Assembly: GCA_045805185.1 (NCBI GenBank) | Contig: JBJMLS010000300.1 | Span: 10,259-74,258 of the forward strand | Direction of reading: 5' to 3' | Length of the DNA: 64,000 nt | Source of the DNA: Bacteroidia bacterium | Lineage (GTDB): Bacteria; Bacteroidota; Bacteroidia; B-17B0; Aurantibacillaceae | Shown: piece by piece, positions 9,792-15,785 of the stretch | How the letters are laid out: each line of letters starts with the position of its first letter | Position numbering within the stretch: position 1 is the first letter of the stretch | Position numbers and translations under genes: made by a program | The notes under the pieces: generated by a model | Database searches by the model: none | What the model was told of the DNA's origin: nothing | The model's input: the letters and a program-made list of their open reading frames with translations, nothing else

Positions 9792-10577
9792 ATGAAACTC
9801 CGGATGTACCAGGTAGATGCTTTTACGGAAAAGCTTTTTGGCGGAAATCCTGCCGCGGTTGTTCCGCTTACAACCTGGCTGAGCGACGAGCTGTTGCAAA
9901 ACATTGCTATGGAGAATAACCTGGCAGAAACCGCATTCTATGTAAAAAAAGAGAACATCTTTCACATCCGCTGGTTTACACCGATAGTGGAAGTTGACCT
10001 GTGCGGACATGCAACGCTTGCCACTGCGCACGTTCTTTTCAATCATGAAAATCATACAGGAAAAGAAATCCTGTTCGATTCGAGAAGCGGAGAGTTAAAA
10101 GTAAGCCGGAATGAGGGCTTACTCACACTTGACTTTCCTGAAGATATTTTTCATGAAGTGGAGCTCAGCGATGAGCTTTGCTCCGGATTTAATTTCCGGC
10201 CAGTAAAAGCATTCAAAGGTAAAACGGATTATATGCTCGTGTTTGAAAATGAAACACAGATCAGAAACATCCGGCCCGATTATTCCGCCATTTCAAAAAT
10301 GGGTGGGCGGGGAGTTATTGCAACTGCTAAAGGCGATACCGTTGATTTCGTTTCACGTTTTTTTGCACCCCAGTCGGGGATAAATGAAGATCCCGTTACC
10401 GGCTCGGCGCATACCACCTTAACTCCCTATTGGGCGGAGTTCATAGACAAAACAGAACTGACCGCAACACAGCTTTCTCCGCGGCAGGGACAACTGGTAT
10501 GCAAGCTTTCAGGAGACAGGATCCTGATCAGCGGTAAGGCACGAACTTTTTTGAAAGGGGAAATAGAAATTGATTAA
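9792..10577 (+). CDS. PhzF family phenazine-biosynthesis-like isomerase
   Basis: The YQVDAFT...FGGNPAAVV start, ETAF, DLCGHATLA and EDPVTGSAH motifs are characteristic of PhzF/YddE. Confidence 0.85.
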   Translation: MKLRMYQVDAFTEKLFGGNPAAVVPLTTWLSDELLQNIAMENNLAETAFYVKKENIFHIRWFTPIVEVDLCGHATLATAHVLFNHENHTGKEILFDSRSGELKVSRNEGLLTLDFPEDIFHEVELSDELCSGFNFRPVKAFKGKTDYMLVFENETQIRNIRPDYSAISKMGGRGVIATAKGDTVDFVSRFFAPQSGINEDPVTGSAHTTLTPYWAEFIDKTELTATQLSPRQGQLVCKLSGDRILISGKARTFLKGEIEID

Positions 10578-10586
10578 CTTGGTGAA

Positions 10587-11018
10587 ATGAACAGTGAGCC
10601 AGAGCTATTTCCTGTAACGCTCCACCTTCGCATCGACTGGAGTGAAATGGATGTTTTCGGGCACGTGAACAATGTAATGATCTTAAAATACATCCAGGCT
10701 TCCCGCGTAAATTACTGGGAACATATTGGACTTACAAAATACATGAATCTTCACAAGACAGGCCCCATGCTGGCCTCAACCAATTGTGTTTTTAAAAAGC
10801 CCCTGCATTATCCGGGAAACATAAGTCTTCATTCACGCATGGAATTCATTAAAAACACAAGTTTTGGCATTCAGCACCGCTTGCTCGATGACAGAGGAGA
10901 TCTGGCAGCGGAAGCTAATGACGTAATGGTGATGTTTGACTTTACAAAAAACGAAAAAGCAAATTTTCCCATTGAGCTGAGGCGTGCAGCAGAGGACCTG
11001 GAGAAACGAAAGTTTTAG
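10587..11018 (+). CDS. acyl-CoA thioesterase, 4HBT/YbgC hotdog fold
   Basis: The motif RIDWSEMDVFGHVNNVMILKYIQASRVNYWEHIGL is typical of 4HBT thioesterases. Confidence 0.8.
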   Translation: MNSEPELFPVTLHLRIDWSEMDVFGHVNNVMILKYIQASRVNYWEHIGLTKYMNLHKTGPMLASTNCVFKKPLHYPGNISLHSRMEFIKNTSFGIQHRLLDDRGDLAAEANDVMVMFDFTKNEKANFPIELRRAAEDLEKRKF

Positions 11019-11173
11019 GAAAAATCTTATCCCTGCTATGAAAAAAATGTTTCTCTTCTTTATCCTGTCTCCGGCTTCTTCTTTCGCCCAACAAAGAGCT
11101 GAATATGAGGATACGCACGGAACAGTCATTCATTACCTGGAGGAAAACAAGCCGCGGGATGAGTGATCCTGAT

Positions 11174-11626
11174 TCATTTTTTAATCTGCTTTGCTTTTTT
11201 CAAAGGTTTTCGACTCTTTTCCTTTTTTTTCGACCAGCTCTTCAGATTCCTTGATCCATACCCAACCTGTTCTTCCGCTACAAACTTTCCATCCATGTTA
11301 ACCGCAAGCGAAATAGCATAATGTACGAAATCGTTCATTGTGATCCGGCTTTTTAATGCGAGTAATGCCGCTTGCTTATGTAGTTCCGGATTAATTCTCA
11401 CATTAAAAATACCTTTATATACCTTTTCCGGTTCTTTCCCTAACTTATTGCAGGTTTCCAGATAGTCGTCTACCGCCTCTTTGAATCCACGGTAAAGTTG
11501 TTTAATACTGTCTCCCTCGTAAGTGACAAGATCATTTATACCTGCTACTTTTCCGTGCAGTACCTGATCAGCGGCATTAAATTCTACTGTGCCGGTGTAT
11601 CCTTTATAGGTTAAAACATCATTCAT
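11174..11626 (-). CDS. hicB: type II antitoxin HicB family (with RHH-like C-terminal part and lysine-rich tail)
   Basis: The YKGYTGTVEFNAADQVLHGKVAGINDLVTYEGDSIKQL...FNVRINPELHKQAALLA pattern matches HicB. It overlaps hicA by 4 nt (ATGA). Confidence 0.85.
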   Translation of the reverse strand: MNDVLTYKGYTGTVEFNAADQVLHGKVAGINDLVTYEGDSIKQLYRGFKEAVDDYLETCNKLGKEPEKVYKGIFNVRINPELHKQAALLALKSRITMNDFVHYAISLAVNMDGKFVAEEQVGYGSRNLKSWSKKKEKSRKPLKKAKQIKK

Positions 11627-11877
11627 ATCTTTCCCTGTTTAATTAATTTCTCCGCAATATCATTTATCTGATACATTTTCAGTAACGAAGAAGGATGCGG
11701 CTTGTGTAACATAATAATGTCGTCCTCTTGATTGACGAATCTTCTTCTTGAACCACCGGTTTTACCAGTTTTCATTTCAGTGTATCCGAGTTTTCTTAAT
11801 AGTTTGACCAGTTCAGTCCATGTAAAGTCTCTGGGGTTTGATTTTAAGCGCTCGTTTAGCTTTTCAAGTTGACTCAC
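11623..11877 (-). CDS. hicA: type II toxin HicA family mRNA interferase
   Basis: 84 aa. The core ...LVKLLRKLGYTEMKTGKTGGSRRRFVN...IIMLHKPHP... is YcfA/HicA-like. GTG start. Confidence 0.85.
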   Translation of the reverse strand: MSQLEKLNERLKSNPRDFTWTELVKLLRKLGYTEMKTGKTGGSRRRFVNQEDDIIMLHKPHPSSLLKMYQINDIAEKLIKQGKI

Positions 11878-11893
11878 TTATATAAACGTATTA

Positions 11894-11921
11894 CAAATGT
11901 AACTATTTTGTAGTTACATTT
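11894..11921 (-). promoter_or_regulatory. hicAB promoter/operator: perfect 10-bp inverted repeat containing a TACATTTG -7 box
   Basis: AAATGTAACT (11895-11904) and AGTTACATTT (11912-11921) are separated by 7 nt. On the minus strand one arm contains TACATTTG (TAnnTTTG), 16 nt upstream of the hicA start. Confidence 0.5.
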
Positions 11922-11934
11922 CATATTAAACAAA

Positions 11935-11966
11935 TAAAAAGCGACCTGTAAAATTACAGGTCGCCT
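11935..11966 (-). terminator. Rho-independent terminator after ssb copy 1
   Basis: 9-bp stem GCGACCTGT/ACAGGTCGC (11941-11949 and 11956-11964), followed on the minus strand by a T-run. Confidence 0.65.
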
Positions 11967-11987
11967 GGTTTTAGCTCAGTGTTTCTT

Positions 11988-12329
11988 TTAAGCAGCCCTG
12001 CTACCGAGCAACAGCAGGTCATGGGCATGAATCTCTGTACTGTAACGTTTGATCCCTTCTTTATCGGTCCAGTTCCGGTTAACAAGCTTTCCTTCAACGC
12101 ACACTTCTGAACCTTTCTTGAGGATCTTTTCGGTGACACCGGCCAGTCCGCCCCAGATCACTACATTGTGCCAGGTGGTCTCTGTTACCTTTTCGCCTTG
12201 TTTGTTCTTGTAGGTTTCGTTCGTTGCCACAGAAATACGGGCAAATTTCTTGTTGTTCTCGAAAATTTTGATCTCAGGGTCATTTCCTAAATTCCCGATC
12301 AGTGTTACTTTGTTGCGCATTGAATTCAT
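11988..12329 (-). CDS. ssb: single-stranded DNA-binding protein, short OB-fold-only form (copy 1 of 3)
   Basis: 113 aa. NKVTLIGNLGNDPE...RISVATNETYKNKQGEKVTETTWHNVVIWG...KGSEVCVEGKLVNRNWTDKEG..RYSTEI is a classic SSB OB fold. There is no Gly/Pro-rich linker and no acidic DDxPF tail. Confidence 0.85.
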   Translation of the reverse strand: MNSMRNKVTLIGNLGNDPEIKIFENNKKFARISVATNETYKNKQGEKVTETTWHNVVIWGGLAGVTEKILKKGSEVCVEGKLVNRNWTDKEGIKRYSTEIHAHDLLLLGSRAA

Positions 12330-12427
12330 TATTTCTTTGGTTTTAATTTGGTCTTCATTTTAACGAAGATCCCTTTCTGTTTTATTAATTATTTTTTTTT
12401 TCGTAAGTCCGAAGCTTTAGCACAGGA

Positions 12428-12772
12428 TCAGGCCGCAAGCTTGGATCCAAGGAGCTGAACCCCATGCACCAGTATCTCCGTTGAGTAGCGCTTGATCCCT
12501 TCCTTGTCTGTCCAGCTTTTGTTGACAAGCTTTCCTTCCAGGCATACTTCGGATCCTTTCTTCAGGAACTTTTCCACCAGCTGGGCCAGTGGCCCCCAGG
12601 CAACTACATTGTGCCAGGTGGTTTCGGTTATTTTCTCACCCTGCTTGTTCTTGTAGGTTTCGTTGGTGGCCACAGAAAGGCGGGCCACACGTTTGTTATT
12701 GTCCAGCACTTTTACTTCAGGATTGTTTCCTAAATTTCCGATCAGCGTTACTTTATTGCGTATTGAGTTCAT
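12428..12772 (-). CDS. ssb: single-stranded DNA-binding protein, short OB-fold-only form (copy 2 of 3)
   Basis: 114 aa. Collinear with copy 1 along its full length. Shares nucleotide runs such as GTGCCAGGTGGT and TTGTTCTTGTA with both other copies. Confidence 0.85.
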   Translation of the reverse strand: MNSIRNKVTLIGNLGNNPEVKVLDNNKRVARLSVATNETYKNKQGEKITETTWHNVVAWGPLAQLVEKFLKKGSEVCLEGKLVNKSWTDKEGIKRYSTEILVHGVQLLGSKLAA

Positions 12773-12789
12773 AGTTTTTATTTTTTATT

Positions 12790-12814
12790 CCCTCCCGCCA
12801 TAAGCGGGAAGAGG
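12790..12814 (-). promoter_or_regulatory. GC-rich hairpin (TCCCGC loop GCGGGA) between ssb copy 3 and copy 2
   Basis: The stem core is 12793-12798 with 12804-12809. It lies 21-37 nt upstream of the copy-2 ATG and about 35 nt downstream of the copy-3 stop. On the coding strand it is followed by an A-rich, not U-rich, tract. Confidence 0.35.
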
Positions 12815-12848
12815 TGATTTATATATATTGTTTAATTGTTATTTTTAA

Positions 12849-13193
12849 TTAAGCGGCAGACTGGTGACTGAGCAGCACGATATCGTTCACCTGGATCTCC
12901 GTACTGTAACGGGTAATCCCGTCCTTGTCCAGCCAGCTCTTATTCACCAGCTTTCCTTCAACGCACACTTCCGTGCCTTTTTTAAGGAATTTTTCGCTCA
13001 CCTCTGCCAGGCGGCCCCAGGCAACTACCGTGTGCCAGGTGGTTTCGGTTATTTTCTCTCCCTGCTTGTTCTTGTAAGTTTCGTTAGTGGCAAGTGAGAT
13101 CCGCGCTACTTTTTTGTTGTTGTCCAATGTTTTGATCTCAGGATTGTTTCCCAAATTCCCGATCAGCGTTACTTTGTTTTTAATTGCGTACAT
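12849..13193 (-). CDS. ssb: single-stranded DNA-binding protein, short OB-fold-only form (copy 3 of 3)
   Basis: The ORF track gives 152 aa from 13307. The paralogue alignment starts at MYAIKNKVTLIGNLGNNPE (ATG at 13193), giving 114 aa. Confidence 0.8.
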   Translation of the reverse strand: MYAIKNKVTLIGNLGNNPEIKTLDNNKKVARISLATNETYKNKQGEKITETTWHTVVAWGRLAEVSEKFLKKGTEVCVEGKLVNKSWLDKDGITRYSTEIQVNDIVLLSHQSAA

Positions 13194-13209
13194 TTTACTT
13201 AGTTTTAAT

Positions 13210-13230
13210 GTCCCGCTTTTGAGGCGGGAC
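13210..13230 (-). promoter_or_regulatory. GC-rich hairpin (GTCCCGC loop GCGGGAC) in the 5' leader of ssb copy 3
   Basis: 7-bp stem, 13210-13216 with 13224-13230, lying 17-37 nt upstream of the ATG. It has the same core and the same spacing as the hairpin upstream of copy 2. Confidence 0.35.
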
Positions 13231-13430
13231 GGGTTTCTACATCTTAATTTTTCGTTTCTCTTTAGGACCGTTTTACCTGTGCAGATCTTTTTATTTTTAC
13301 CGTGCATTTGTGCTAACGGCCTTGTTTTTTTGATCTGATCATTTCTCCCGATCCTGTCAAGCTGATTTTGGCGCCTATCAAATTTTGACGATGCAAAGTA
13401 ACCACCGCTTCCAAAAATTATTCGGTTATT

Positions 13431-13470
13431 AATCGTTTATATACGGATAAAATCGTTTGTAAGCGTTTGT
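13431..13470. repeat. three phased direct 10-mers (AATCGTTTAT, AATCGTTTGT, AAGCGTTTGT), iteron-like
   Basis: The copies start at 13431, 13451 and 13461, spaced 20 and 10 bp (about one helical turn). They lie in the 475-bp non-coding stretch (13194-13668) upstream of the ssb array. Confidence 0.4.
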
Positions 13471-13668
13471 TGTCGGTTAATTCTTTAGGGGTAGGAAGTC
13501 ACGAATCGCTCTATGAACGAGGAAAGCAGACCCATTCAAGGCCTCCTGAAATGGGCGGGAATAAAATTTTGAGGAATTCTAAAAAATAAGTAAATTTTTA
13601 ATTCTGGTCAGGAAAACCGAGCCAGTCCGATTAAGAAAATTTACAAAAAATGTAAGCTGGAAAAGCAA

Positions 13669-13845
13669 TTAAGACCCGAAAATAAACTGGAATCCCAACA
13701 ATATGCTTACAACAACCTGAACACAGGACATGATCAAATCGCGGCTGGAACTGAAATTTACTTTTCTCTTGTACCAAAGGAAAATAGCTCCCGAGATTCC
13801 GGCTGCGATGCAAAGTATTCCGAATAGGATAAAGGGTGTTGACAT
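13669..13845 (-). CDS. possible 58-aa two-TM membrane peptide (below the ORF-track size cut-off)
   Basis: Hand translation gives MSTPFILFGILCIAAGISGAIFLWYKRKVNFSSSRDLIMSCVQVVVSILLGFQFIFGS. Two clean hydrophobic helices flank a basic loop. It is more protein-like than the listed 60-aa ORF 13631-13813, which is in another frame. Confidence 0.3.
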   Translation of the reverse strand: MSTPFILFGILCIAAGISGAIFLWYKRKVNFSSSRDLIMSCVQVVVSILLGFQFIFGS

Positions 13846-13967
13846 TTGGATCTGGTAAAGTTTAGTCTTCGTATTTCAAAGATACATTTTTAAAGAAGGA
13901 TTGAAAATCATTTCCGCAATCCCCGGGGCAAAAATTGACCTATCTTCGTCTTTCAAAAAAACCCTTC

Positions 13968-15251
13968 ATGCTTCGAACTTTATTCTTCCTGAGCGCCTGT
14001 CTTTTTCTACCGCTTTTCTCCTTCGCACAGCAACTGGTGATCACCAATGTGAATGTGATCCCCGTAGGAGGCGGACCAATGACCCTGGCTAATCAGACAG
14101 TGTTTATTAAAGACGGGAAAATCTCGGAGATCACCCCTTTTCAGGAAGAACACATGAAACTAAAAGCGCGGCTGATCGATGGAACCGGTAAATATCTTAT
14201 TCCAGGGCTCGCTGATATGCATGTTCACCTTCCTGACGATAAATCTCCGCTTCTCCTGAAAAAGGTTTTTACTCTTAACCTCGCCGCGGGTGTTACAACG
14301 CTTCGCAGCATGCGTGGGGAACAGCGACATCCCGGACTCCGGGACAGCATCCGCAAAAAACTGATCCTTGCTCCCGACCTTTACATTTCCAACCCGCTTC
14401 CTTCAGACTCCGCTGTAACAGCTGCTGAATTAAAAGCCTTTGTCGCGAAAAGTAAAAAAGAAGGATGGGACTTTGTAAAATACCTCAGCGGCCTTTCCCC
14501 TGCCCTGTTCGACTCTGCCGTGAAATACTGCGGAGAGCAGCAGCTGAAACTGGCGGGACATGTTTACAACGGCGATCTTCAAACGGCGTTGAAAGCGAAA
14601 CAGGCTTCAGTAGAACATTACCAGCCCATCCTGAAAGAATTCCGTAAGGACTCCACACAATTTGAAAAAGTGATCGCGCAACTAAAAGAGAACAGCGTGT
14701 TTGTCTGTCCTACGCTCTCTTTCTATTACATTTTCGGTTTTCAATTTTCTCCCGAACAATTGAAGCGGCGGAATGGGATGAGTTACCTTGATAAAACAGT
14801 GCAGGAAACCTGGATGAAAACTTATATGGATTATTACAACAGCTTTGATACTCCTGAGAAAAAAACAGAACTGCAAAAAGGAATAGGTCGCTCCACAAAG
14901 AACCTGGAAGATTTCGGGAAATTACTGAAACGGATGAACGATAAAAAAGTACAGCTTTTGCTCAGCGCCGACGACGGCGAATTCAATGTTCCGGGCTTTT
15001 CCTTGGCGGAAGAAATGAAGCTGTATAAAAAAGCGGGATTGAGCAATTACGAGATCCTGAAAATTGCCACGTACAACGCGGCCTGCTTTTTTGGAGCGCA
15101 AAAGGAATGGGGAAGCATTGGACGCGGAAAAAAGGCCAACCTCGTTTTACTGGATAAAGATCCGCTGAAGGATATTGAAAATATTACAGCGGTGAAAGGG
15201 GTGATCCTTGGTGGAGATTACTATTCCCAACAGGAGCTGCTCGCCAAATGA
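13968..15251 (+). CDS. amidohydrolase family protein (metal-dependent hydrolase), secreted
   Basis: Signal peptide MLRTLFFLSACLFLPLFSFAQQ. The LIPGLADMHVHL metal-binding motif is present. 427 aa from the ATG at 13968; the track ORF starts at a TTG at 13935. Confidence 0.8.
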   Translation: MLRTLFFLSACLFLPLFSFAQQLVITNVNVIPVGGGPMTLANQTVFIKDGKISEITPFQEEHMKLKARLIDGTGKYLIPGLADMHVHLPDDKSPLLLKKVFTLNLAAGVTTLRSMRGEQRHPGLRDSIRKKLILAPDLYISNPLPSDSAVTAAELKAFVAKSKKEGWDFVKYLSGLSPALFDSAVKYCGEQQLKLAGHVYNGDLQTALKAKQASVEHYQPILKEFRKDSTQFEKVIAQLKENSVFVCPTLSFYYIFGFQFSPEQLKRRNGMSYLDKTVQETWMKTYMDYYNSFDTPEKKTELQKGIGRSTKNLEDFGKLLKRMNDKKVQLLLSADDGEFNVPGFSLAEEMKLYKKAGLSNYEILKIATYNAACFFGAQKEWGSIGRGKKANLVLLDKDPLKDIENITAVKGVILGGDYYSQQELLAK

Positions 15252-15324
15252 CAAGCCTTGCATTGCGACCACGGAATTTTTCAGTCTTCATAAGAAGAAA
15301 GGGGATTATTCTTAATTTTGCAGT

Positions 15325-15687
15325 ATGGCTGAAACCCTAAAAAAATGCCTCGATTGCGGGGAACCTATAAAAGGTCGCGCAGACAAAAAATTCTGTTCCG
15401 ACCTTTGCCGCAACAATTATAACAATCACCTCAACAGCGACAGTGTTTCACTGGTGCGCAACATTAACAATGCACTTCGTAAGAACCGCCGGATCCTGGA
15501 AGAAATGAATCCCGAAGGAAAAACCAAGGCCCATAAAAGCAAACTGCTGGAAAAAGGCTTCGACTTTAACTATTTCACCAATATTTACAAAACGCAAAAA
15601 GGTTCGCTCTACTATTTTTGTTACGACCAGGGTTATCTGCAGATCGAGAATGACTTTTATATTCTTGTTCGCAGGGATGAGAAATAG
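15325..15687 (+). CDS. conserved hypothetical protein with N-terminal zinc-ribbon-like CxxC...CxxxC motif
   Basis: CLDCGEPIKGRADKKFCSDLCRNNYNN. 120 aa with clean coding appearance. Confidence 0.55.
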   Translation: MAETLKKCLDCGEPIKGRADKKFCSDLCRNNYNNHLNSDSVSLVRNINNALRKNRRILEEMNPEGKTKAHKSKLLEKGFDFNYFTNIYKTQKGSLYYFCYDQGYLQIENDFYILVRRDEK

Positions 15688-15785
15688 ATTCTGCAAAGGA
15701 TTTGTCATAATTCGGTCAATCCCACAACAAATTGCTGGTTTCGGCGTTTTTTGGTAACTTTAACTTCCTGTTTTTATATGACGAT

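Noticed and set aside
11038-11166. 42-aa signal-peptide-only ORF as a stand-alone gene
   Set aside because: It is too short and lacks a mature domain. I kept it only as possible evidence of a truncated gene at the island boundary.
13194-13307. N-terminal 38-aa extension of ssb copy 3 (the 152-aa version in the ORF track)
   Set aside because: The extension has no counterpart in the two paralogues and is Lys/Arg/Cys-rich. It would also span the conserved leader hairpin. The internal ATG at 13193 aligns with the other copies.
13600-13650. CTGGTCAGGAAAACCGAGCCAG, superficially like an SRP-RNA domain IV hairpin
   Set aside because: It lacks the conserved GGAA/AGCA symmetric-loop context and the long helix 5 pairing. 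It is more likely a simple stem near the end of the small ORF.
13631-13813. 60-aa minus-strand ORF in the track
   Set aside because: A different frame on the same strand (13669-13845) gives a much more protein-like two-TM peptide. The listed frame is Cys/Phe/Arg-rich.
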